From NCBI RefSeq assembly GCF_902652985.1, contig NC_047015.1:41478001-41542000 (forward strand): a stretch of DNA of 64,000 bases, given 5' to 3'. Positions 1 to 13,700 of this stretch are shown one piece after another. The DNA comes from Pecten maximus (Eukaryota). How positions within the stretch are numbered: the stretch's first letter is position 1; each line of letters starts with the position of its first letter. The position numbers and the translations under genes are program-made. The notes beneath the pieces are model-generated. The model made no database searches, was not told where the DNA came from, and saw only the letters and a list, made by a program, of their open reading frames with translations.

Positions 1-1220
1 ATATTTTGGATAATGGAGGATGCGTGGATGTTATATACTGTGATTTAAGAAAGCCTTTGATAAAGTCCCTCATCAGCAACTCGTACATAAACTCTCAAAA
101 TATGGAATTGCTGGCCAATTTTCCTCTTGGATTACAACCTTTTTACTTGGAAGAAAATAACGAGTCTCAGTGAACGGTGAAACATCACAATGGAATCCAG
201 TAATAAGCGGTATACCACAAGGATCTGTGTTGGGACCACTTCTCTTTGTATTATATATAAATGATACGCTGACGTAATGAGCAATGAAACCGGAACTTAT
301 CTTTTTGCCGACGACACGAAAGCATTTAGAACAATTAATAATGAACAGGATTGTAAAATTCTTCAGCAAGATATATTTTCGTAAAACAAATGGTCAGAAA
401 CCTGGAAACTAAAATTCCATCCAGAAAAATGCAAAATGATGCGTGTCGGATATACAAATATGGATCCCTATAACTACAAACTGAAAGAAAGTGCTCAACC
501 ATTTGTTGACTCAGAAAAAGATATCGGTGTCACCATAGATAATAACTTTACATTTGATAAACAGATCTGCGACAATGGAGTACATAAACCCCATACAGCT
601 TTAAAATGTTATACACGGTTTTAGTAAGACCTCATATCGAGTATGCGGTCCAAGTCTGGTGTCTTCATCTGGTGAAATATATAGAAACAATAGAGAATGT
701 TCAACGTCGAGCAACAAAACAAGTTCCTGGTCTGTCTAATCTGTCATACTCTGAACGTCTGCAAAAACTGTCACTACCAATGTTAGCATATAGACGGTCT
801 CGTGGAGACATGATTGAGGTCTATAAAATCATCTCCGGAAAATATGACAAGGAAGTCGCAAAATTGTTTTCCGTAAATGTAGGGCAAATCACTCGCGGAC
901 TTAACTTAAAAATACATAAAGGATTCTCAAGATTAGATGTCAGAAAATATTCTTTCACGCAGAGAATTGTGGATATGTGGAATAGTCTCCCATTTGATGT
1001 TGTAAATGCCATAATTAAACAATTCGAATAAAAACTTGATGAACATTTGAAAAATCAGCCACAAAAGTACTGTTTCAAAGAGAAAATCAAGCTGTGAACT
1101 AAACAATTATCTACTACTAAAAAGTATTTCAATAACTTTATTACGAGCTGACAATCAAAGGATGTAAATCCTGTACATATTTCATGAATGCTGTCAGAAT
1201 AAATCTATGTATCTATGTAA
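1..1220 (+). mobile_element. Decayed CR1/L2-clade LINE, 3' part (reverse transcriptase domain, 3' UTR and tail)
   Basis: Frameshifted RT motifs [27 protein letters not shown] and YLFADDTK (about 50-320). The C-terminal ORF 606-1031 reads LVRPHIEYAVQVW...IENVQRRATK...RRSRGDMIEVYKI...FTQRIVDMWNSLP, typical of CR1 ORF2. AATAAA and a (TCTATGTA)2 tail lie at about 1198-1219. Confidence 0.9.
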
Positions 1221-3195
1221 AACAATTTGCTCTGTAAAATACATTTATTAATAATGCCAGCCCGTGTATAAAGCATATTGGAATCATATTAAAACAAATG
1301 TTCTGCGACAAGTTCAAATCATTTCGATACTGCTTAGATTAATAAAATTGTTACGAAGTTTGCTGTAGTAAATATAAGTTTTCAATTAAGTGTATTTTTT
1401 CAAGAGAAAATATATAACTTAATGCAATTTGTTAATATATATAAACATATCTAAACAATAATTATTATTTTCCTATGCTTCGGTAGAAACATGGATTTAT
1501 GAAAAAAGTGTATTGATTTCAAACTGTGGGCAAAATTAATATTCCACTCTCATGGGTTGATAAATCGACTTCAGCTTAAGGGGGATATGCTTGCATAATG
1601 CATTATCAACACTAAATACTAATCAATGTAACATGGAATAAGATATTAAAGGATTGTACTAAAGACATAAGACATTAACACCTTCAATACACCTTTCGTC
1701 ATTCTAGGACATACCAGTGATACTACGGGCACAAAGCGTCTATGACAAGTTTTAATTTGATTACTCCCTTAGGCCTGTTGGTGGTTTCCATTCATAACCA
1801 GTACAAGCAAATAATTTCATTTGAACAAAAAATTGATAGCTTTTGTTTAAAACTATGAATACGATTTCGGAGTAAGTTTCCAGAATGTTTAATCTAACCA
1901 AACTATCGATTAACCAATTTATGACACTACCTTAAATTAGCCCAAGGACTAAACAGCTGTATGATACTGTATTTTATTTTGGCTCTACTGTATCTATCTC
2001 TCGATTCGTATTATAAAGTGTTAATATCTTGTGTGTCTTTTGCAAACTCGTTAGAGTTCTGAACAGCTCCATACATTGTTCCTTCATCAATCAACTTTTT
2101 TCATCTTGTTATATTGCGTCATGTTGACCTTTAAAGTTTTTTTTTTTTTTAGAATTTAGCGGACTGAAGCCAATCAACATATTCCAAGATGACTTATTAT
2201 CTGTTTAATGTACTTTTGATGCATATTTTCGTGAATCTACTTGTCAACTTCTAAGGACTGTATTAAGTGTAACATTTGCAATGCTAGACAATGGGAAGGA
2301 GTGGTATATTTATAGACGACAAGAATTTCCTGTAACTATTGGTATTAATGGTTCACGTTGATCTCCTACTAGGACCTTGATCACCCGTGTGGGCGACACG
2401 GCATCATTCACTTTAGATATTTGTCACGCAACGGGACATGCTAGATACATACATCACTAAGGCACGGTGCCTCAAATAGTTACTGCTCCACAGACGAAGG
2501 CTACTTTGTTTATTTGGGAGCGAAAACATGAGGCCGCAAAAGGGCTACCGATTTGTTTATTGCCATAACGTAATCATTTTGCGGCACATTCTACTCTAAA
2601 CGATATCACGGAAGTTAGTCAGACTGCCACTTGTTAAACGAGAATAAATGCGTACAACAAAGAATGCAAGTTAAACAAACAAAATTAGGAGTAACTAATT
2701 ATACTTTTGAATTCATTGAATGCCATTGATATTTTGCAAAACTAAACATTTTTATTGTCCGTAACATCACATAGATGGTGTCGAGACGAAATCAAAGAAA
2801 CAATGTACGTCAAACAATATGCCGTGAGGTAGAAATGGCTTTAGATGTGATATTCTCTATAGCGTTACCATGGTAGCACGTTTTGCTTACATACATTTCT
2901 GCATGAAGCCAACAGTTAAATTCTGGAGAACAGTAGCAATTACCTTCTTTTTACCCAATTAAGGCGAATCACTTAATGTATAAATCGATAAGACAGAGAT
3001 TACACGTAAAGACTGCGCAATGTATAACAAAGCTTTTGATGGCGACGGATCGACAACTTATCAAATTACTATGGCGATCATCGAGGCAGCAACATACCCG
3101 CCAGTTACTATGGAAATGACATTGATGTTTTAACGGAGCTATGGCAACGTTGTTGATTAAAGTTTAGATAACATTGTCATTAATTTGGAACAGAA

Positions 3196-3410
3196 ATAGG
3201 GCAAACTGATACTAATACATTGTATATCGAAAAAACTGATACTTATACATTGTATATAGGAAAAACTGTTACTAATGCATTGTATATAGGACAAACTGAT
3301 ACTAATACATTCGATATAGGACAAACTGATACTTATACGTTGTATATAGGACAAAGTGATACTAATACTAATACATTGTATATAGGACAAACTGATAATA
3401 ATACATTGAA
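3196..3410. repeat. Minisatellite, 30-bp unit, about 7 copies
   Basis: AAACTGATACTAATACATTGTATATAGGAC-like unit recurs at 3203, 3233, 3263, 3293, 3323 and 3353. It explains the repetitive ORFs 3157-3390 and 3220-3483. Confidence 0.9.
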
Positions 3411-3551
3411 TGACGTTTCCGTACCTTCACAATTCATCTTTTCCTTCTATGACAACAACCAAATAGAGCGCAAAAATACTTAAACCATACCGTTATATTT
3501 GAAACGTGGCATATACATTAAACATCTTTACATACACTGCTGATATTATAA

Positions 3552-3990
3552 GGTAGGGCACCACGTTTACACGGACACATGACTTGCTAGGTTGTCGACT
3601 CTTACTGACAGGTCACCACGGTTACACGGACGCCTGACTTGCTAGGTTGTCGACTCTTACTGACAGGTCACTACGGTTACACGGACGCCTGACTTGCTAG
3701 GTTATCGACTCTTACTGACAGAGCACCACGGTTACACAGGCTCATGACCTGCTAGGTTGTCGACTCTTACTGATAGGGTATTACGGTCACACGGACGCTT
3801 GACTTGCTAGGTTGTCGACTCTTACTGACAGGGCACCACAGTTACACGGACTCATGACTTGCTAGGTTGTCGACTATTTGTGATAGGACGTCACGGTCAC
3901 ACGGACGCCTGACTTGCTAGGTTGTCGACTCTCGGTGATAGGACGCCACGGTTACACGGACGCTTGCCATGCTGGTTTTTGTAAATTTGC
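3552..3990. repeat. Minisatellite, 55-bp unit, about 7-8 copies
   Basis: Unit GGTCACCACGGTTACACGGACGCCTGACTTGCTAGGTTGTCGACTCTTACTGACA in tandem (GACTTGCTAG at 3581, 3636 and onward). Confidence 0.92.
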
Positions 3991-6052
3991 TGATACGACA
4001 CCAGAAGTACATTGCCAAGGTTCTAAACTCTCATTAATACGACACAATCTTTTTGCTAGGCTGCGCTGATGCCCATCTTTTTATTGCTTAAAACATCCAG
4101 CAGTTGAGTCTGTGTAAGAGGTCTGATCAGCGAAAACAACACAACATAGCAACACATATATAATACACTGGAATGTCAACTAAACGGTGTTAAATCTGTA
4201 ACAATTTACATGTCGATACAAAACGAGAACAGAGGTGACAACCAATATAGTTTATAATCGTGGAAAGTTAGTACTCCGGAATATTACCATGTCAGAAACC
4301 ACATGTCCCATGAAGAACGCGCCATTGTGTCACCCGTTAGGAATGTACAAGATTGTGAGAATGTCCTTTTTATTTTTGATTCAAAACAGCAATTTGAAAT
4401 ATTTCGATATTGAAATCCCAGACAAGATAAGCCATTGCTCACCATATCCTCACCATATTTTCTTACTTAACATAAATAATCAACGATGCTATCATTAGAA
4501 GGCAATGGGGATTTGTTAATTGTTACCGAGTATTATTTAACGATATAGTGTAATCAAAAGTAGCCACGTTTGTCATATTCCTAAGTTAGTAGAACATATC
4601 GTTAAGTGTATAAGAACAGTCTCATATCATTTATACTAATACACTGGGAAAGTAATTATGCAACAACAGGCCAGCTGTTGCTCTATGACATATATACTTA
4701 CGGTTACATATATATACCAGTAGGACTCCGATAAAAACACATCTCACATAGCTGACAGAATCACAACGTGCCATACTCGAATGAATCCAATTATCAACTG
4801 CTCACATCATTACAGTCGTTGTATCCATAGCGGTTAAGGTTAGTTGCCAAATACCAAGGAAATGATTCACGTGTTTTGCAAGTCAAACTGTTAGCCTTCT
4901 GATCCAACCGTCATATCTGTTAGCTTCTGATCAACGAGATCCAATTAGTGTTTATCGACGTATTTAATCGATAACTACAGGTAACAGTGGCAACAGTATG
5001 TACGCCAGAATTTCCTAGCGTGTGGCTGTTGTCTCATCGGGGTCTCATATGTTGTTGTAATCTTTTTTTCATTTGCACAATATATCGATAATGAAATGCA
5101 TTTGGTTTGCATTATCATATCATATCTAATATGCTGTCATTGTCACACTGTATTTATGTATTGCTTAGTTATATAAGCCAAAAAGGGAACAAATTGTCAG
5201 CAAATATTGGTACAAAGGCCTAGTGGCATAATCACAATATATATTTACATATGTATATCGCCCGCTGACCACACCATTTACATTTTACGGTTTCAACCAA
5301 GACAACGAAAACAGGCATTTGCCTTGTCACGCTTTGAGGTCGACGACATGAAAAAGGTTAGGCCTTGTAGCCAAGCATTGTCATAACATTGGCGTTTGAT
5401 TGATGGACTTCACTGCATTGTCATCTTTAACGTGCTGTGTTAGAATATTTTAAATTCACCGCGATCGATAAGCTGTTTAAGACCGAATGAGTAAATGCAA
5501 ATTGCTTGTTTACACGTCTTGGGTTGCGTGTTTCTTTCTGTGGAGGGGGTATCAACCTTTGGTATTCGACCCTTATGATGGAAACACAATGTCCATTGCT
5601 GTAGTTTGCTTGGGAGATGAGATAACGGGCGAGTAGATGTCACTGTACATATAGCTTGGACGTGTGATAGAACGTCCACTTAAGTCATGCCCTTAACGCC
5701 ATCATATCCCGAGGTGGTAATAGATTCAGCTCGGACTGACGACTACTTATGGATAGAAACCATTGATGGACAGGCATCGATTTCCTGACCAGAGAAGCAT
5801 GATTTGTCAACAAACACAACGAAGGTCACCGTGGAGGTTACGACGAAGGAAATGCCAGAAATATAATGCCTTTTAGACCCACCTGACAATGTCGTTATGG
5901 GTTTTATGTATTGTGAGTCCACCTTGTGGGCATATAATAAAAAAAACTATTCGCAATTAACTTAACAATGTACTAATATTTTCATATGCGTAGACATTAT
6001 TCGATATTATTATACATTTTATACTTGCTTATAAGTTGTATTGCTTATTGAT

Positions 6053-6265
6053 ACTGTATAGTTGGTAGTATTTGCGGGGTATTTATTTAGCTATATTCGC
6101 GATAAATAGGCAAAATACCTAACTCGCGAATATTATCATTGTATGTTTAGGTAATTATTCCAAAAAAATGAAAAGCCGATTTTGTGCGAAGGTTAAAACC
6201 ATGAGATAGTGTCAACTGGGACAACCGCAAAACGTTGGCCCTGCGAAATTAAACAAATATAAGTA
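6053..6265. mobile_element. Degenerate MITE of the TACTGTA...(TACAGTA) type
   Basis: Starts TACTGTATAGTTGG..TTTGCGGGG and ends with the decayed inverse CCCTGCGAAATTAAACAAATATAAGTA, with internal TCGCGA/CGCGAA motifs. Confidence 0.45.
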
Positions 6266-7649
6266 ATTAACCTCCTAAATGTACAAAAGACTCACGAATT
6301 ACTAGCATTTTAATACAAATCGAGAATTGTATGCATTAGAATCGAAAAAAAGGATTATAACAGCATGATACAGTGATATCGTCCTTCTTGTGTTCGTCAG
6401 TCATAGTAAGGGTCTAAAGAGTCTGGATAGGAAGGTACGACAACTCCATAATCTAATACGATTATAAATGTGTGACAAATGGTACCCTCCTTGCCTTACT
6501 GCCCTGGAGTATGCCGTAGCTTTATTCGTCTTGCTAGACAACACTGACGAATGGAGCTTGGAGAACAGTCAACAACAATCACGCTTTTTGCATTAGAAAA
6601 CAAACACTTTGGAATAATCAATATTTGTTTGACAAATTATCGGATACTACGTTAGGTTGTATTTTAGTGTGTGGTATAAATCAAATTAGAGTGATGGTGT
6701 ACAGTATCAAAAGGAAATGATGAGATGACACAAACAAAGGCAAATGTTGCTGTTTATATATTATGTGTACGGCCTGATTTATTTACCATGTAGACGACGG
6801 AAATGGCACCAAAAAAAGGCAGCGGTCACAGCAACAAAGGGAGGAATGATGCGTGTCTAACGACTGATAAGATTGTTAGATATATATTACATTTTTCTTA
6901 TTAGTCATTTCTAATGAAAGGGTCATGATAAAACTAATTTAGGAATTAGGAATGGGGCAGTGTTCTTTATAACTGAAAAAAAAACCCAAACATTATATAA
7001 CTTTGCACTGTATCATGCCATGCTAGATGCACAAGAGATCTTTATGATGTCTAAAATCAACCATTTAATTATATATCGTTTTCTATGTAAACATAATTAC
7101 ATTTGTCATTTGTATATCTTGCGCGTAGCTACGATCGTATGGACCATGCAAATACAAATTGTAGGCCAGAAAAATTGTACTTACCGTCTACATTGTATGA
7201 TTGGCAAAAACAGCCAAATTTAGGATATTCATCACCATCGACACTGTCTCACATTTAGGTTCTTCCCGTAGGCTGTGACCCGACTAAATGCTTAAAAATG
7301 GTACTTGTTGTCATCTGCGTTATGTAAGCATACATTGTAGTGGGTCAGTTCTAGAGGAAATACATGTACTATAAATCGGTCCTATTTTAGTAAGTGATGT
7401 TATAAAATAGCCGTATTGTGTTTGTTAGGATGATAAACAATAGCAATTAATCAACAGTGTTTTATCAATATGTACGTAACTGTAAGAAAAAAAAATCATG
7501 ATATTGACAAGTAATAACATTGTGTTGGAAAAGACGATCAACATTATAAAAATTCAACATATTTATTAATATATGTAAATTACTGCACTGTATTTTATCA
7601 TGAAGTTGTTGCTATCATGGTATTGCTATTTTGTGTGATCTACTCTATT

Positions 7650-7953
7650 AGTGTAGCCATACGTTATTATGATTTTGGTTAGTGTTGGTGTACCCATACG
7701 TTAATATGAATTCAGTGAGTAGTGGTGTAACAATACGTTAATATGAATTTGGCGAGTAGCGGTGTAGCCATATGTTATTATGAATTCGGTGAGTAGTGGT
7801 GTAGCCATATGTTATTATGAATTTGGCGAGTTGTAGTGTAGTTATATGTTATTATGAATTGGGCGAGTGATGGTGTAGCCATATTTTATTATGAATTTGG
7901 CGAGTAGTGGTGTAGTTATATGTTATTATGAATTTGGCGAGTGATGGTGTAAC
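7650..7953. repeat. Minisatellite, 37-bp unit, about 8 copies
   Basis: GTAGTGGTGTAGCCATATGTTATTATGAATTTGGCGA-like unit (ATACGTT at 7659, 7696, 7733). Confidence 0.9.
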
Positions 7954-8075
7954 CGGGATACACCACATGTGTGTATATTGATTAGAGTAACTGTACAGAA
8001 TGATAAAGAGTACCTATGGTGTAAATGCCCTTACCACATTGTCGAATAGAATTATTATGAAAATGTACATATTCA

Positions 8076-8695
8076 AGAAATAATTAACGATGATTCGTGT
8101 ATTATTGCAGGATATACAACGAGGACGAGAATATTTTGCAATTAAATTAATAACGAAGGCCGCAGGCCTGAGTTATTAATTAAAATTGCAAAATATTCGA
8201 GTCCGAGTTGTATATCCTGCAACAATCCACGAGTCAAAGTTGATTATTTCTATTCTACAACGTACTGTTTAGTTCTTAGATCGACATCTTTCTAATAGAA
8301 AAACAGCAAAGAAACCCCGAGAAAACCTTGTGATTTATTTCTTGAGTATTACATTATTTGTTGATAAAATATACAGGCAATACAGTTACTGCAATCAAGA
8401 GCATCTTTCATATGGCATTGATTTTGAAAATAAAAAAAGGGATAAAAAAAAGAAGAAAAAAAGTGGGCCTCCGTAGGATTCGAACTCGCGTCGTGATAAA
8501 AATTAATGAAAGACTAACCTATTAGCCCACTAGGCTATGGTGACCTTAAATAAAACGGGTGAAAATTAGATATATAAAATTGTTACAGCCGTGACTCCCG
8601 ACCGTGTAGTATTGGCACGAGCGTGTATTATTGGAAAATAATACATAATTTTAAACCAATCAAAACTGGCGTTGCATAGCAAACATGGTAGAATA
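8076..8695. mobile_element. Non-autonomous element with a ~175-bp terminal palindrome and an internal tRNA-like unit (class uncertain, possibly Crypton-like)
   Basis: Imperfect palindrome 8076-8251 centred on GGCC-GCA-GGCC. tRNA-like A/B boxes at 8463-8545 (-). The other end is TTTTAAACCAATCAAAACTGGCGTTGCATAGCAAACATGGTAGAATA. The Crypton-like label is inference from architecture only. Confidence 0.5.
8463..8545 (-). other. tRNA-like Pol III unit (pseudo-tRNA) inside the repeat
   Basis: Minus strand reads GTCACCATAGCCTAGTGG (A box) ... GAGTTCGAATCCTACGGAGGCCCAC (B box/T arm), followed directly by a T-rich run. There is no canonical anticodon arm. Confidence 0.55.
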
Positions 8696-10780
8696 CCGCG
8701 TAACAGTTTAGTTATAGTGATGAAATTCGTTTTGTTATGGTATAATAAAAGATACACGCTTTGCTGCGGTGTCATTATTTTTTGTTTTCATGTAGATAGA
8801 AACTATTACAATGATCACACGTTACTAGAAATGTGAAATAAAACAACACACTATCTCTGTTTAACAGTTTATTTATTTGTTAATCAGTCTACATATAACA
8901 TCGTTCAGTAATATTAATAGGACTTATCACAACCAAGTACACTACTTTTCGAACACATGTGTTAAGCGAGAAAACAGGTGAGTTGCTTGGAATTTTATAA
9001 GTACATCTTGTGTGTCGGTATAAATATGATGTTTTATCAATATAAACTATGCAACGATATGATGTGCTTTACAGTGAAGTAGATTACATAAATCTCAGAT
9101 TTTGTAAAGACATTTATTTTACCCTTAAGCTGACAGTTGATAATTTCTTATTACTTATGGATTCAAGTAGATTTTTATAATATATAAATCATTGATTCTA
9201 TAATATCGTTAGAGAAAAGTGCTTTTGAAATAGAATCGATGTCATTTGTATGAAAATTATATTCAATTAGACATGTATTAAATTTTCCGATAATACTAAT
9301 GATACTATGTATGAAAAAGACTTATAGTTTTAGTGAAACCATTATGTTGCAATATGATCGTTGAAGAAGTTCTCAATATATGCAGATACAGAAAAGTTGG
9401 ATGTATCATTTTCTGTCGACACCAAACAATTCTAGCACTGACGTCATGACAAGGGAGACAATGGTACTTATTTTATTTCTCTGGTTATCACATAATAACT
9501 CATTATTTATTATTTACTTCCATATTTATAAACAATACGTATCAAGCATTTAACACATAGTATTTGTGTATATACAATGTATCATATTGGTAATATCAAG
9601 TAATTGTAACCACTATAAATATATATTGTTCAAAATACTGGTATTAAGTTCAACAATGCGTACATGTGCACAGTTGTTTTTGTTATTACACTACGTATAC
9701 ACTTCAATAACTTTATAGATATATTCTCGATGTTTATCATTGTTATGAGAATACACTTATGTTCTTTACCTGGCCATTTCGAAACATATAACATTTGGTA
9801 TTTATATCCATTTGAATAAACCCTTCAATTATCTTATTCTTTATTCAAATTGTACTAATCGGCATTTTAATTAAAATGCCATAGCAGTCAAAATATGCTT
9901 TATCACACAAAACACGGTCGTCTAACCAACTATTCGTGTCTGAGGTTATATAATTATTGCCATTTGATAAGGTCAAATAAGAGATAGTTTGAGATAACCG
10001 AGACGTTGTACTATTTTATCCAGTAAGGAAGTGTGTAATATATCAGCGTTTGCCATATTAGGCCTGGAAACATGGAAGCACACAACTATGTATATTGCAC
10101 ATTCAAACATTGAGGCTCGAAGAATGAAAAGAAAATATTGCACTGTATCAAGCTCAAGCACTTTAACCGATCACTATATATGTGTATTTTAAGCAATTTT
10201 CAGTATGGAAGTCTCGTTAACATTTGCATCACGAGAGAAATTCTTCGTGCCGAGCTTGTTCCTCACATACAAGATATAAGACTCTCCTTTAGTTCTTTTT
10301 ACTGTATGTTATATGAAAGAATTCCTCCATGCTGAGCCGATATGGAGACATCATTACTTTAGTTTTTCGCCAGGTCGACACGTACGTACACATATATAGT
10401 TGATAAGATTGCCTACTTGCGGTCAATTTGGCTAACTGAACCACTTAACTGTACAAGCTAATTAATTCTCTTATGACCGACATCAGCGGATATCAATAAC
10501 ACTCGGGCAGCAGGTGGGATTTACTCAGTTGTTGCTTGAAATGAGTTAGTTGTCAAGAAGGTCATAGAAACGCCAATTTATGATAAACGGCATGTAAACT
10601 ATAGGGAATCGTCGTATAACATGATGTTGCCCCTGCTTGCTGCTTTCAAATGTAATTGAACAATTAAGCTCGAACATTTCTCGATATCGAAAGGAAAGCA
10701 ACAAAGGACGATTCATTTAGGGTTGAAGGTTGTATACACTCGAAAATCATTAATCTGATTTGCATTCCACCCGAATAATA

Positions 10781-13700
10781 CTACAAGTATATAATGGACT
10801 TCACGGTATAAAAACGGCGATAGTTCGGAGAAACTTCAGATTCAAACTGATTTAGGTTGCCTTCGAATTCGGTGAGGATTTTGGATAATTCGCTGCCGTA
10901 TGTGTCTTTGCTTGTGACACTAGCTGTAGGAGAGGGACAGCGACTATAGTCAGGAAGTGGATCTGTCGTGCGTGTGCACGTGTAAGGCGTACTTGATCTT
11001 GGTGCACTAGGCTTTGGTGATTGCACATTGTCTTGAGAACTCCTTCCAGATGATTTCAAGACATTTGCGTCAGACCCGAAGAATGCACTGTCATAGCTCT
11101 CACTGTCTACTCTGTGTTGTTCCTCCCTGGTATTGTTGTTTATGTTATCGTCGTAATCTGGTGGAACCTCGTCACCCGCCCTATAGTTCGACTGTAAGAG
11201 GACTTCGTTATTACGAACAATCCAATTCTCCACTGCAATGTTTGTTTTTGTTGGATAATATCCGTATTGATTGTTGGCAAGATCGCATTCTCCCGTTTCT
11301 TTGAAGCAGCAATCACACAAAAGTCCGTCTGTTTCCGATTCACAGTGGTTTCTGAGCGCCTCAGCTACTTCTAAATCGTAGTATGAGACATCATCTGTCC
11401 TTTCACTCTCCGTGTCCTTGATGTAGGCAGGGCATACTTCCTGTTGATCGGAATTGACGTAGTTAATATAAAGTGACTCTGTAACGCCCTGTAAAGGCGT
11501 ATACTCGGTTGATGAATCGTGTGAAGTCTCAACAACTGGTTGAGCGTATTCCGTTTGTTCTACCCGATTCACTTCCTTTGGTGGAGTTTCTGATACCAGT
11601 TTGGTCAGTGATTCCTAAAATCATATAACAATAGTATAAATTCTATCAAAGAAACAATAATAACGATAATTATATCACAGAAATATTATGTATTAAATAC
11701 ACGTTTTGATACAATATAAACACTATTTGAAGAAAGTTAAAAATAGTTTGCTCTGGAAATTATAATGAACCAATCATGTTAGCATAGACCGTATATCTAA
11801 TGTATAATTTTGATGACAATATGCCTCTTTAAAAGGTATCAAATAGCAAAAATGAATACCTTATAATTTTGAACAAACTGTGCAAAATGTCCAAACAGTT
11901 CTGAAGGCTCCATGTTTTCCATGTTCTCCCCAAACATGGAGCAAACACGTTTATAGACGTTATATGTGCGCTGATGCGATCGCCTCAACATCCAAATCTG
12001 TTCTTCACCTTCTTCATAAAAGTTCTAGTATACCGTTAAAGAAACCATCATTTTTATTTTTTAATAGGACGCCATCATCAATACAAGATAACAGGATACA
12101 GAGAAAGGAAATCACGTATATAATTACATTTGGTATGTAAGAAAAAGTAACATGTTAACTTCATTTGATATATATCGGGATATAATGAGTATTAACTATA
12201 AAGTGATATTTACTACCAAAGCTCCCAGAAGTATTATGAGTGAAAAAACTACAAAAAAAACCCCCTTGGAAATCCTTATTCAAATAACCAGAAATGCGAT
12301 TTCGGGCAGACAGAAACAAAGCGGAAACGTGGCAAAGGTCATTGGTAAATTTGGAATGTGGAACATGATAAAGGATACAATAAGGCGGTCTGTATGACCT
12401 CCCGTCGTCTGGTTCATGTGGTCGCCGACTGTCCGGATTCCATCGTCTAGTTCCTGGACCAGAGATGTCAGGCGAGAGAAGCTACCTGTGATAGGTAATA
12501 CAACACATACTCAACGCAGGCGATACTATGTGTTAACAGAACGTGTTCAACATTAACATGTAAACATGTTCAGCGTTTAAAACACCACGCGTTAAATAAA
12601 CTTTTGTTCAGTGGAGGTAATTAAACAGCAAAATATAAAAAAGTAGAGTCATAAACAATAAGAGTCAGACGTTAATATAAGATAAATCGTAAAAATATTT
12701 GTATATTAACAAGCATTGCATTTTTGCAAAAAAAAAAAAAAAAAAATGAAAAAACCCATCCATTTATGGTACGCAATGTTAAAATTGAGAAATATAATAA
12801 AACCATGACGTAATTATGTGGCTTTGTACAAGGCTTTCAGATCGGACAATAACTCCGTAAATTCGCATTGGGCATGTTCACAGCAGGGCAAAATTAAGGG
12901 TGAACTTATATAGTTAGAATGGTAAATGTACATACATTTATATAAATATATATTAATTGGTGTTATATTCATGTCATTTAATAGTTCGTGTTAGGCCAAG
13001 AAGAGAGTAAAAAGAAATATCTGTAGCTTATTCATAACTTTGATACCTTTGGCCACAGGTAACAATTCGAGGTCTCGGTACCAGTGAAGGATATCGGGAT
13101 GTTTTCGATTTATCATCGTAACGATGAAATCGAGGAGAGTCTGCGTCTTGTCACTTGATTTCATGTCTTTCAGCTGAAAACAAATGTTTTTGTTTTGTTT
13201 ATATCAATCTGCGTAATAAAAAAAATGAATGCAAGTCCGGACTATTAATTAAACAATCGTGTGACAAGCACTATACTGTAAGCGTACATATTTTAGCGGT
13301 AATATCATTTTAGCGCTTTTCGCGTTGGCAGTTTTGCGCTAAATTTTAAATTAGCTAATTGCTTTTTCTATATTCTATTAAGAAATAATCTTGAGGAGCT
13401 AAATTCAGCATTGTGCTAACGTCTTAAAAATGAAAATACGTTAAAACTTGAAAGCACCGAAGTCCGTTTACTGAACGACGTAATGTCGGTAATGACATTA
13501 ACACCAAAATTTATGTCTACAATCTGATGAAACATTTACCGATATACGTTTTGAAATAGTATTCATTTGTATATGTTAGTTGATGCTTAGCGATGTATAT
13601 TTTGATAAGCGATCTAGGTGTTTATATGGGCGACGTTTTACCGGTTATACATTAATATACAGTGTAGACTTAGTGATATACAATTTGATATACAGCCAAC

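Noticed and set aside
3157-3483. Repetitive ORFs 3157-3390 and 3220-3483
   Set aside because: They are by-products of a stop-free 30-bp minisatellite, with no splice or domain support.
3552-3990. CRISPR-like appearance of regularly spaced repeats (also 7650-7953 and 29520-30051)
   Set aside because: The units are contiguous tandem copies with no unique spacers, there are no cas genes, and the context is eukaryotic.
5600-5870. Moderately GC-rich, protein-like stretch on the plus strand
   Set aside because: Stops occur in every frame and no motif is recognisable.
8463-8545. Functional tRNA genes here and at about 19652-19725
   Set aside because: Anticodon arms and stems are non-canonical and both lie inside repeat elements, so they are recorded as tRNA-like only.
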